This document shows, piece by piece, positions 55,283 through 63,953 of a DNA stretch of 64,000 nt. Source of the DNA: an uncultured bacterium (GTDB lineage: Bacteria; Cyanobacteriota; Vampirovibrionia; Gastranaerophilales; Gastranaerophilaceae); assembly GCA_902489575.1 (NCBI GenBank), contig CABUAQ010000001.1:146-64145 (forward strand). Direction: 5' to 3'. Below the pieces are notes generated by a model. It was not told the origin of the DNA. It was given only the letters and a program-made list of their open reading frames with translations, and made no database searches. Every line of letters begins with the position of its first letter. Position 1 is the first letter of the stretch. The position numbers were made by a program, and so were the translations under genes.

Positions 55283-56119
55283 TTAAAATTCAATATTTTT
55301 TAACGTTGTAAATATCTTATCAGTAATTTCTTGAATATATTCTTGACTTACCATACCATTTATTACAGTATCAGATATTTGATAAGCAGGACGAATATAT
55401 TGCTGTGCAGTTTTATTTACATCTGCAAACTGCAAATCAGCAGCCTCGCCTGATTTACCACGTTCAGCTGCCCGTTTATACCATCTGTCTTTTATAACTT
55501 CCAAAGGAGTAAATACATAGACTTTTACATCCATAATATCTCTTACTCCCTCATTAAGAACATAAAGACCTTCTGTTAAGATAACTTTTGCCGGTTTTTT
55601 CTCATCACCGTCAGGATCAGATACACAGGTAACAAAATTATATTTAGGGGACTTAATTGTCTTACCTTCTTTTAGTGCAACTAAATGGTTTTTCATCAAT
55701 TCTAAATCAATAACATCAGGAGTATCAAAACTAAAACCTGTTTTAAATAAAGCTTCATAACTACCGGCTTCTTGCAGTTCTTTTGACGTATCTTTATAGT
55801 AATCATCACATCTAATTACGGTATAAATACCTTCTGCCTTTTGTTTTACACAAGCCTTTATAGTATTATCAACAAAAACAGTTTTGCCTGATGCACTTTC
55901 ACCTGTTATACCAATCAAAAAAGTTTGCTTTTTTTCCTGAACAACTTTTCTGGCGATATCCAGAATAAGATTATCCGAAATTTTCAAAAACAAAGGCTGC
56001 TCCTGTCTGGAATCTTCTTCCAGAATCTTTTTTAAACTATCCACAATCTTTGAAATAATTTCCATATCACGTCTATTTGAATAATAATCGTAATTGGTGA
56101 GTTCAAAATCCTTTAACAT
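55283..56119 (-). CDS. Uridine kinase / phosphoribulokinase-family P-loop kinase
   Basis: 'FLIGITGESASGKTVFVDN' and 'VIRCDDYYKD'. About 60-aa N-terminal extension. 278 aa. Confidence 0.7.
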   Translation of the reverse strand: MLKDFELTNYDYYSNRRDMEIISKIVDSLKKILEEDSRQEQPLFLKISDNLILDIARKVVQEKKQTFLIGITGESASGKTVFVDNTIKACVKQKAEGIYTVIRCDDYYKDTSKELQEAGSYEALFKTGFSFDTPDVIDLELMKNHLVALKEGKTIKSPKYNFVTCVSDPDGDEKKPAKVILTEGLYVLNEGVRDIMDVKVYVFTPLEVIKDRWYKRAAERGKSGEAADLQFADVNKTAQQYIRPAYQISDTVINGMVSQEYIQEITDKIFTTLKNIEF

Positions 56120-56273
56120 TCATACATCCTTTTTGCAAATATGTAATATTTTACTTTAAAATATTTTAAACCTCCACTAATAATGAAATTTTGTAACAAA
56201 TTTTCTTAAAATATTAAAGTTTTTGGAAATTATACCGACTACAATATTGTTAATACAAATAGGAGTATAATTT

Positions 56274-56447
56274 ATGTATCAAGACGAAGTTTTTGAAAGT
56301 GCATTGAAAGAAACACGTGAAGAAAGTTTTAAAGCGCTGCAAAGCGAAGTTAAAACTGTTGAACAGATTATTGAAAGACTATTAACACAACTTTTAGAAT
56401 GTTCTTCATCAGTAACCGAACGGGATTTCCACGTTTGCGGAATTTAG
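56274..56447 (+). CDS. Candidate small helical protein (57 aa), below the ORF-track cutoff
   Basis: AGGAG 8 nt upstream of ATG 56274. MYQDEVFESALKETREESFKALQSEVKTVEQIIERLLTQLLECSSSVTERDFHVCGI, stop 56445-56447. A strong terminator follows 20 nt downstream. Confidence 0.5.
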   Translation: MYQDEVFESALKETREESFKALQSEVKTVEQIIERLLTQLLECSSSVTERDFHVCGI

Positions 56448-56468
56448 AACAGATTCTTACAAATTTAT

Positions 56469-56497
56469 AAGAGCCGTAATTTCATTACGGCTCTTTT
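56469..56497. terminator. Terminator hairpin (12-bp stem)
   Basis: AAGAGCCGTAAT (56469-56480) / ATTACGGCTCTT (56484-56495), then TT. Lies between the small + ORF and the end of the minus gene at 56516. Confidence 0.75.
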
Positions 56498-56515
56498 CGA
56501 ATATTTGTTAAATTA

Positions 56516-57622
56516 TTAACCGGTATATTTAAATATATGTCCCTGATTCAATCCTGAATATATGTTTCCGCAACCAAATCCCTGACTTATAGACGGGTTG
56601 AAGTTATTATATCCAACCCCTGATGAAATAAACGGATTTGAATATAAGTTGTTATAGCCGAACTGTGAATTAAAATTATTCATATATGGCATAGAATAAC
56701 TAAATGGATTGTAAGAACTGTAAGGAGTTTGAGTATATTGTTGAAGCTGTTTTTCCAAAGCTTCAATTTCAGCCTTTAATTCTTGAATTTGTGACGGAGC
56801 ATTCTCAACCGCAGGTTTTACAACTCTTGTGTTGTCAGACGGGGCAACACTTTCTTGATTATCTTTTTCTTGCATTGCTGCTTGATCTTCTGCAATAGCT
56901 TTTGAAATATCTTCCATTGAGTAACCATTCTGACGAAGTTGCTCAATTTCTTCATCACTAAAACCATATTCTTTTAAGGCTGCAATATCATCTTCTGTGT
57001 ACTGAGGAAGTTGTGCCTGAGCTTCTGCCTCAGCCTTTTTATCTGAGTAAGTTTTACCTCTTAAAAGACTACCTCCTATAGCGCCGACAATACCACCGAT
57101 TACAGTGCCAATACCCGGACAGATAGCAGACCCGATAGCCGCACCGGCTGCCATGCAGCCCAGTTCAACCGCAGCTCCACCAACTTCTTTCATCCCGGCA
57201 CCGAATCCGCCTTCGCTGAAGGCTGTATATAAGTTTGGAACCTCAAACAATACTGTTAAAGCTGCTCCAATAAAAGGCATTTTCTTTCCAATACCCCTTA
57301 GTAAACCCTTTGTACCGCCTAAAAAAGCACTTTTACCAGCCATTTTTGCAGCTCTGGCTCCGGCTTTTACGCTATTTTTAATTGTTCCTGGAGTATTCAC
57401 CAAATTTTTAAAAACTCGTTTAGCAAAGCCGCCTTCTTTTATAGCTTTTTTAGCAGTGTCATTTTCTAAGGCGTGTACACCTGCTTTCACTTTTTTAAAG
57501 ATTGAGCCCTTCTGTTTATTCATAGCCTTTCCGGCAATTTCTGCACTATCACCAAGCAAAAATTCAGGTGTAATTTTCCATGCGCGTTTTGCATAATTAA
57601 CAACTGATGATATTAATCCCAT
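56516..57622 (-). CDS. Glycine-zipper membrane protein with an N/Y/P/S-rich low-complexity tail (paralog 1)
   Basis: 368 aa. Basic amphipathic N-region, 'GIGKKMPFIGAALTVLFEVPNLYTAF', Gly-zipper 'GGAAVELGCMAAGAAIGSAICPGIGTVIGGIVGAIGGSLL', 'GKTYSDKKAEAEAQ', coiled segment, tail '..YSSYNPFSYSMPYMNNFNSQFGYNNLYSNPF..'. Confidence 0.75.
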   Translation of the reverse strand: MGLISSVVNYAKRAWKITPEFLLGDSAEIAGKAMNKQKGSIFKKVKAGVHALENDTAKKAIKEGGFAKRVFKNLVNTPGTIKNSVKAGARAAKMAGKSAFLGGTKGLLRGIGKKMPFIGAALTVLFEVPNLYTAFSEGGFGAGMKEVGGAAVELGCMAAGAAIGSAICPGIGTVIGGIVGAIGGSLLRGKTYSDKKAEAEAQAQLPQYTEDDIAALKEYGFSDEEIEQLRQNGYSMEDISKAIAEDQAAMQEKDNQESVAPSDNTRVVKPAVENAPSQIQELKAEIEALEKQLQQYTQTPYSSYNPFSYSMPYMNNFNSQFGYNNLYSNPFISSGVGYNNFNPSISQGFGCGNIYSGLNQGHIFKYTG

Positions 57623-57696
57623 TTTTAATTCTCCAATTTTAATCCCCTATATTTTTATTAAGTATTTTATTTATATAAAATTGCTGATTGTATTAA

Positions 57697-57733
57697 GAAA
57701 TGTAAAAGGACCTTATTTAATCCTAAGGTCCTT
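57697..57733 (-). terminator. Terminator after paralog 2
   Basis: AAGGACCTTA (57706-57715) / TAAGGTCCTT (57724-57733), followed on the minus strand by TTTTACATTT. Confidence 0.7.
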
Positions 57734-57761
57734 ATTGTTTATGCGCGTTATCAATTATTTT

Positions 57762-58568
57762 TTAAGCTAAGGTATTAAATCCCATTTGCTGCATCATTAT
57801 ATCATTTGCATAAGGATTGGCGTAATCATTGTATAGAGGATTTGTCATTCCGCTGTATGGATTTGGGTTATATGCGTACGGATTTCCCTGAAACGGAGGT
57901 TGTTGATAAGTCTGCGGAGTTTCATATTCAGCTTGAGCTTGTACTGCTGCTTCTTCTGCTTCCATTTTCTTTTCAGAATAAGTTTTACCGACAACTTTTC
58001 CTGTCAACCATTCACCTGCAACCCAACCAACCATTGCTCCGATTGGTCCGCCAACAGCTGCACCGATTGCACCGCCGATTGCACCGCCGGTTAAACGGCT
58101 TGCTGTTTTAGCAGTTTCTTTTAAGCCAGTACCTATACCTTGTTCCTTAGTTGCCGTCCAAATATTAGGAAGTTCAAATGCCAATGTTAAAACAGCACCG
58201 ATGAACGGCATCTTTTTACCTATGCCTTTAAAAAATCCCTTTGTTCCACCCCAAAATGCACTTTTATGAGCGCTTTTGGCAGCTGCTACACCGGCTTTTC
58301 TACTTTCATTTAAAGATTTCCATAAATTTTTAGGATTTAAATTTGCACCCAGCCGTCTGAAAAAGCCGCCCTTACTGAGCTGCTTTGCAGCTATATCATC
58401 TTCAAGCGCTTTAAAACCTGCTTTAGCTTTATTTAATACTGAACCTTTTTGTGAACGCATTGCAGCGCCGACAACATCACTGCCGGTTCCTAATACAAAT
58501 TCCGGATAAACATTTAAAACTCTTTTCCCATACTTAACTAATCGGGGAGCAAATGATACTAAACCCAT
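57762..58568 (-). CDS. Glycine-zipper membrane protein with an N/Y/P-rich tail (paralog 2)
   Basis: 268 aa, colinear with 56516..57622 (PEFVLG, QKGS, KSAFWGGTKG..GIGKKMPFIGAVLTLAFELPNIWTA, GGAIGGAIGAAVGGPIGAMVGWVAGEW, GKTYSEKKMEAEEA). Tail 'GNPYAYNPNPYSGMTNPLYNDYANPYAND'. Confidence 0.75.
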   Translation of the reverse strand: MGLVSFAPRLVKYGKRVLNVYPEFVLGTGSDVVGAAMRSQKGSVLNKAKAGFKALEDDIAAKQLSKGGFFRRLGANLNPKNLWKSLNESRKAGVAAAKSAHKSAFWGGTKGFFKGIGKKMPFIGAVLTLAFELPNIWTATKEQGIGTGLKETAKTASRLTGGAIGGAIGAAVGGPIGAMVGWVAGEWLTGKVVGKTYSEKKMEAEEAAVQAQAEYETPQTYQQPPFQGNPYAYNPNPYSGMTNPLYNDYANPYANDIMMQQMGFNTLA

Positions 58569-58647
58569 AACCTTACCACCTTTAATATACTATTTTTCTA
58601 ACCTACACATCTATAAAAAATTTTTAGATTAAAAAATTGATTAATAA

Positions 58648-58681
58648 CGAGAAAGTGTTAACAATTGTTAACACTTTCTCG
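58648..58681. repeat. Perfect 34-bp palindrome (16-nt arms)
   Basis: CGAGAAAGTGTTAACA-AT-TGTTAACACTTTCTCG, 20 nt downstream of the stop of pilin-like gene 58702..59322. Possible terminator stem or operator. Confidence 0.9.
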
Positions 58682-58701
58682 AATAATAGGTATTTTAATT
58701 G

Positions 58702-59322
58702 CTAGAATTTAATTGGATAATCGCTCTTAAATTCCCATTGATCATTTTGCAACAGCCTGGTACAACTGGATCTATTATTTACACATTGGTCTATCATAGC
58801 TTGACGGGAAGTAGCTTGGCTAGTTATACCAGATCCATACACCCCAAAAAATATATCCTCACTGCCAAAGTAGTCTCTTCTACCGTCTTTATTGAAACAA
58901 TATAAGAATCTATACTGATCGTACCCCTCAGAATTAGGTGATTTATCACCGTTTACATCGTAAATAACATCCAAACATCCACCGGTAAAAAAAGTTCCCA
59001 GCTTACTTCCGTCTTTATAATATACCTGCTTTGTCGCTGTATCCACAAACTGATGCCCCATATACGGATCAATATTTTCCATATACCAATCAAAGCCATT
59101 ACCCTGGGTCGGAAGAATCATATCTTTAAATGAACCTTTATCCATCTGCATATCAAGCACCGCATTATCCATTTTGCTGTAGAAATTCTTCAATTTTGCC
59201 GAATATTCTTTCTTAACTCTGTTATAATTCAATGTAGGAATTGTCAGTGCTGCAACTACACCGACAATTGTCATTGTTATCATAACTTCCGCTAAAGTAA
59301 ATGCCCATTTTTTTTGCATCAT
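58702..59322 (-). CDS. Type IV pilin-like protein
   Basis: MMQKKWA|FTLAEVMITMTIVGVVAALTIPTL. C-terminal 'DQCVNNRSSCTRLLQNDQWEFKSDYPIKF' shares the Cys-loop and W..DYP tail of the family. Confidence 0.85.
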   Translation of the reverse strand: MMQKKWAFTLAEVMITMTIVGVVAALTIPTLNYNRVKKEYSAKLKNFYSKMDNAVLDMQMDKGSFKDMILPTQGNGFDWYMENIDPYMGHQFVDTATKQVYYKDGSKLGTFFTGGCLDVIYDVNGDKSPNSEGYDQYRFLYCFNKDGRRDYFGSEDIFFGVYGSGITSQATSRQAMIDQCVNNRSSCTRLLQNDQWEFKSDYPIKF

Positions 59323-59448
59323 TATATAATTTCCTCGTTTTCTTCATTATAACATATTTAACAAAACTCCTCAAGATTATAATTAGAGTTAAACCATTTT
59401 CTATAATCATGCTATGATTATAAAAAACAGACAACCAAGGAGTGAGAA

Positions 59449-60366
59449 ATGAATATTGCACAGGATTTGACTCAATTAATAGGGAATACCCCTATTGTAA
59501 AAATAAATAAATTAAACTCAACAAATGCTGAAATTTTAGCAAAGCTTGAATATTTTAATCCTGCAAATTCAATAAAAGACCGGGCAGCATACCAAATGAT
59601 TATTGATGCTGAAACTGAGGGCAGAATAAATAAAGACACGATTATTATTGAGCCGACAAGCGGGAATACAGGGATAGGACTGGCAATGATATGTGCAATA
59701 AAAGGATACCGAATCATTCTTACCATGCCTGAATCTATGAGTATGGAACGAAGAATGCTTTTAAGCGCATATGGTGCAGAGCTTATACTAACTCCGGCAG
59801 AACTTGGAATGCAAGGAGCTGTAAATAAAGCAGCAGAACTTACCAAAAAATACCCGAATTCTTTTATTCCTTCCCAATTTGATAATCCGTCAAATCCAAA
59901 AGCTCATATATTAACAACAGCAGAAGAAATTTGGAAAGATACAGACGGGAAGGTAGACATTATAATCGCAGGAGTCGGGACAGGCGGAACAATTAGCGGA
60001 ATTGCAAAAAATTTAAAACAGAAAAACCCCGGTATTAAAGCTTTCGCTGTCGAACCGTTTAATTCGCAGGTGTTAAAAGGAAACAACGGTGCTCCTCACA
60101 AAATTCAGGGAATAGGTGCAAACTTTGTTCCAAAAAATTATGATGAAACAGTTATCGATGAAATAATTCCTGTAAAAGACGAAGATGCAATAAATATAAC
60201 AAAACTACTCCCGCAAAAAGAAGGTATTCTCTCCGGAATATCAGGCGGTGCTAATATATGGGCTGCTTTAGAATTAGCAAAACGCCCTGAACATACAAAT
60301 AAATGTATCGTAACAGTTATACCTGATTGCGGTGATCATTATTTAAGCTGCGGAATTTTTGGATAA
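59449..60366 (+). CDS. cysK: Cysteine synthase A (O-acetylserine sulfhydrylase)
   Basis: 'NPANSIKDRAA' (PLP Lys), 'EPTSGNTGIGLA', 'GVGTGGTISG'. 305 aa. Confidence 0.92.
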   Translation: MNIAQDLTQLIGNTPIVKINKLNSTNAEILAKLEYFNPANSIKDRAAYQMIIDAETEGRINKDTIIIEPTSGNTGIGLAMICAIKGYRIILTMPESMSMERRMLLSAYGAELILTPAELGMQGAVNKAAELTKKYPNSFIPSQFDNPSNPKAHILTTAEEIWKDTDGKVDIIIAGVGTGGTISGIAKNLKQKNPGIKAFAVEPFNSQVLKGNNGAPHKIQGIGANFVPKNYDETVIDEIIPVKDEDAINITKLLPQKEGILSGISGGANIWAALELAKRPEHTNKCIVTVIPDCGDHYLSCGIFG

Positions 60367-60462
60367 TCAAAATTTTATAACAATTTAAAAAGCGAATTTG
60401 TTAGTAAATTTACTTCAAATCCGCTTTTTAAATTAATAGATTTCTAACAGGAAACTAAGGCT

Positions 60463-61710
60463 CTAAAACCTGAAACCATCAGCCTTCATCCTGTCAATAA
60501 CCTCTTGCAATTTTTCATCGCTGCAAACAAAAGATATTCTAAAATAACCCTGTCCGTATTTCCCAAAAGCATCTCCGGGAACAACAACAATGCCCGATTT
60601 TTCCAGCATATCTTCACAAAACTTATAAGCCGAATCATATTTTCCGGGAATTGGAAGCCACAGGTAAAAAGTTGTCTTAGGCAGATTATTTTCATCAATT
60701 TTCCAACCTAATTCTTTCAAACCTTTCACCATAATAGATTGTTTTCTTTTATAAGCCACATTACTTTGTGCAATATAATCTTCACCTTCAACGGAATTTA
60801 AAATATAAGCACAAGCCTTTTGAAGTGCCTTAAAAATACCGTTATCAATTGTTGATTTAGCCTTTGCAAAACGAGAAATAACATCCGCATTTCCACAAGC
60901 CCAGCCTAAACGCCAGCCTGTGACAGCATAAGGTTTTGAAAAACTGAACATTTCAACAGTAACGTCCTTTGCTCCCTCAAGCTCCAGTGTACTAAAAGGC
61001 TTTGACACTTCGTCAAAATAAACATCACAGTATGCTGCATCCGAAATTAATAGAAAATCATGTTTTCTGCAAAAATCAACAACAGATTGAACATACTCTC
61101 TTGTTGCAGATACACCCAATGGATTATTCGGATAGTTAATAATAACTGCTTTTATTTTCGCAGGGTTATATCCATCAGTAACTAAAGATGCCAAAACATC
61201 TTCCATATCCGGCTGGTAATTATTCTCTTTAGTTAAAGGTATAGGATAAGCTAAACCCCCGGAACATTGTGTCATTTGAGAATATGATGCGTACCCCGGA
61301 TCCGGAAATAAAATTATATCTTTTTCCTTTTCTTCTGATTTTGGATTAATTATAAATCTAATCAAATTTGCCAGACCGTCTTTTGAACCCAAAAGTGAAA
61401 AAACTTCATTATCAGCATCCAATTCAACACCAAAACGTTCTTTCATTCTTTGAGCAATTGCCTGACGAAAATATGCCTCTCCCCTTGTTACAGAATATGT
61501 GTGAATATTATCTTCTGTTAAAAACTCTTTTAATTTGTCTATCAATGCTTCAGGCGGGTTAGCTGTTGGTGCCCCCATTGATAATGATATCGGAGCACGA
61601 TTTTTCTTGATTAAACCTTCTGATAACCGGGCAGTTTTTTCCTTCAGTTTAACCATAATATATGTATCTATCGCCATTGCATCTTCATTAAATAAATTTT
61701 TCATGTCCAT
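60463..61710 (-). CDS. Class I/II PLP-dependent aminotransferase (possibly LL-diaminopimelate aminotransferase-like)
   Basis: 'YPNNPLG', 'SFSKPYAVTGWRLGW' (PLP Lys), 'FRISF'. 415 aa. Substrate is not assignable from the sequence alone. Confidence 0.8.
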   Translation of the reverse strand: MDMKNLFNEDAMAIDTYIMVKLKEKTARLSEGLIKKNRAPISLSMGAPTANPPEALIDKLKEFLTEDNIHTYSVTRGEAYFRQAIAQRMKERFGVELDADNEVFSLLGSKDGLANLIRFIINPKSEEKEKDIILFPDPGYASYSQMTQCSGGLAYPIPLTKENNYQPDMEDVLASLVTDGYNPAKIKAVIINYPNNPLGVSATREYVQSVVDFCRKHDFLLISDAAYCDVYFDEVSKPFSTLELEGAKDVTVEMFSFSKPYAVTGWRLGWACGNADVISRFAKAKSTIDNGIFKALQKACAYILNSVEGEDYIAQSNVAYKRKQSIMVKGLKELGWKIDENNLPKTTFYLWLPIPGKYDSAYKFCEDMLEKSGIVVVPGDAFGKYGQGYFRISFVCSDEKLQEVIDRMKADGFRF

Positions 61711-61728
61711 AACTATTATTTCCTCAAT

Positions 61729-62448
61729 TTATGCTTTCATCTTCATCGGTCCGTCTAAGGAAGCTGTCACAAACTGTTTTGTGTAAGGATTTTCCTGCTT
61801 AATCAATTCTGTCGGAGTCCCTTCAAAAACTATTTTACCATCGTACAACATAATAACTCTATCCGCAGTTCTCGTTATCGTTGACATCTGGTGTGTTACA
61901 ACTATTGATGCAGCATTTATTTCTCGTTTTAAACTTACAATATAATCCTCAATCAATGTGGACGACATAGGATCTAGCCCTGCCGTCGGCTCATCGTATA
62001 AAATCGTATTAGGGTTCGTAACAATTGCTCTGGCAAAACTCACCCTCTTTTGCATACCACCGGATAATTCTGATGGAAACTTGTTTTCTATACCTTTTAA
62101 GCCTACAAGCTCCAATTTTTGTGAAACTATGTTCTTTATTTCATCTTCTGTGTATTTCTTTCTCAAATCTTTTCTTTCGCGAAGGGCAAATGAAATATTA
62201 TCAGCGACAGTTAACGAATCAAATAATGCCGAATATTGAAAAACCATTGCAATATCACCTTCAGTTGTAATAATCTCACCACTGTCATAAGGAATTAAGC
62301 CGCAAATAAGTTTTAAAACCGTACTCTTACCTGAACCTGAAAAACCCACAATCGCCAAAATTTCACCATCATTTACCTTAAATGAGATATCATTTATTAC
62401 AGCTTTATCATCAAAAATTTTAACTAAGTTTTTAACTTCTATACTCAT
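61729..62448 (-). CDS. mlaF: ABC transporter ATP-binding protein, MlaF-like
   Basis: Walker A 'GFSGSGKST', signature 'LSGGMQKRVSFARA', Walker B 'ILYDEPTAGLDP'. Directly downstream of a MlaE-like permease. Confidence 0.8.
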   Translation of the reverse strand: MSIEVKNLVKIFDDKAVINDISFKVNDGEILAIVGFSGSGKSTVLKLICGLIPYDSGEIITTEGDIAMVFQYSALFDSLTVADNISFALRERKDLRKKYTEDEIKNIVSQKLELVGLKGIENKFPSELSGGMQKRVSFARAIVTNPNTILYDEPTAGLDPMSSTLIEDYIVSLKREINAASIVVTHQMSTITRTADRVIMLYDGKIVFEGTPTELIKQENPYTKQFVTASLDGPMKMKA

Positions 62449-62467
62449 AACTATACCTTCTTACAAA

Positions 62468-63277
62468 TTAAAAGAAAAATAAAATTGCAAATATCATATC
62501 CCAAACAACGATTGCGATAAACGACCAAACTACAGCCTTGGTTGTTGCAATACCAACCCCCTTTGCTCCACCTGAAGCAAAAAATCCGCATGTACAGCTT
62601 ATAAGGGCAATCGTTATTCCAAATACAACAGCCTTTAGTAAACAAACACCCAAATCCTTCATATACAGTCCCAATCCCGCAGAATCAAAATACGCGCGAT
62701 AAGTAAGACCTGCAAACATATCCGATGTGACAGCCCCGAGCAAAACACCTGTAACAGAAGCTAAAATAACAACAAACGGCATCATAACAGCACCTGATAA
62801 TACTCTGGGCACAAACAAATATCTTATTGAATCAACACCCAATACATCAATAGCATCGACCTGCTCGGTTACCCGCATTGTTGCAAGCTCTGATGCCAAC
62901 GATGAACCTATCATAGATGTTATCGCAAAACCCGACATAATAGAACCAACTTCTCGAACAATTAATATTGTCATAAGCATACCGACAAAATTACTCCCGC
63001 CTTGCTTTACCATTTCATGTGCAACCTGAGAAGCTACAATAATTGAAGTCATACCAACTATTGATAAAGTTATCGGCAAAGAACTTACTCCAAATCTGTC
63101 ACATTGAGTAAGTAATTCTTTAAAGTCTATTTCACCTTTTAATATACACTTAAAAACATGGAACCCTATCTGTGCGATTTTACCTAAAGTATCCAAAAAA
63201 TCTGCCAATACAACCTTAAAATGTAAAAATACTTTATATGTGGCAGACTGCCTTAAATATTTTGATAGAGTAATCAT
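62468..63277 (-). CDS. mlaE: ABC transporter permease, MlaE-like
   Basis: 'LIVREVGSIMSGFAITSMIGSSLASELATMRVTEQVDAIDVLGVDSIRYLFVPRVLSG' matches the MlaE core. Start ambiguous (TTG 63295 in the track, ATG 63277 preferred). Confidence 0.8.
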   Translation of the reverse strand: MITLSKYLRQSATYKVFLHFKVVLADFLDTLGKIAQIGFHVFKCILKGEIDFKELLTQCDRFGVSSLPITLSIVGMTSIIVASQVAHEMVKQGGSNFVGMLMTILIVREVGSIMSGFAITSMIGSSLASELATMRVTEQVDAIDVLGVDSIRYLFVPRVLSGAVMMPFVVILASVTGVLLGAVTSDMFAGLTYRAYFDSAGLGLYMKDLGVCLLKAVVFGITIALISCTCGFFASGGAKGVGIATTKAVVWSFIAIVVWDMIFAILFFF

Positions 63278-63419
63278 AAAAGAATTATACCACAAGGGGT
63301 AAATATTACCACCTTATTTTTTAGTCTGCAAAATAAAAAAAACGGACATAAAATGCCCGCTTATTTCATTTCTGAAACAAAAAAGGATTCACATTAACCT
63401 AAACCTTTTAATTTCAAAA

Positions 63420-63953
63420 CTAGTATTCAATACCTTGTCTTGCCATAACACCCATATCGAAATAATGTTTAACCGGTTTCATTTCAGTAACAAGATGAGC
63501 CATTGCAACAAGCTCCGGATGTGCATATCTGCCGGTTAATACAATTTCTAAATTTTCAGGCTTATTCAACAATGTATTTTTAATATCACTGACTTTAATC
63601 ATATTCATTGAGGTGCAAATATTAATTTCGTCCAGAATAATCAGCTGATACTTACCGGAATTAATAGCATTCTTTGCGAATTCCCAACCCTTTTTCGCTT
63701 CTTTATAGTCGTCAAGGCAAACATTATGTGAATAACAAACTCTATCCATCCCAAACTGCACAACTTCAAGATTATCTGAGAATTTTGAAGATGAAGCAAT
63801 TTCACCATAAGTTGTCGCACCATCACCTTTAGTAAATTGAATAACCAAGACCTTCCAATCATGTCCCAAAGCTCTCATTGCTAATCCCAGTGCAGCTGTA
63901 GTTTTTCCCTTACCATCTCCTGTATAGATTTGTATATAGCCATGTTCTAACAC
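63420..63953 (-). CDS. cobO: Cob(I)yrinic acid a,c-diamide adenosyltransferase (CobO/BtuR type)
   Basis: 'IQIYTGDGKGKTTAALGLAMRALGH' and 'LIILDEINI'. 177 aa. Confidence 0.85.
   Translation of the reverse strand: MLEHGYIQIYTGDGKGKTTAALGLAMRALGHDWKVLVIQFTKGDGATTYGEIASSSKFSDNLEVVQFGMDRVCYSHNVCLDDYKEAKKGWEFAKNAINSGKYQLIILDEINICTSMNMIKVSDIKNTLLNKPENLEIVLTGRYAHPELVAMAHLVTEMKPVKHYFDMGVMARQGIEY

Noticed and set aside
57105-57596. 163-aa P/A-rich + strand ORF, plus 56704..56898, 57806..58111, 57900..58094 and 58276..58509
   Set aside because: These are the antisense reading of Gly/Ala-rich codons (GGN/GCN) in the glycine-zipper genes, which automatically gives open P/A-rich frames. No SD. The sense-strand paralogy supports the minus-strand genes.
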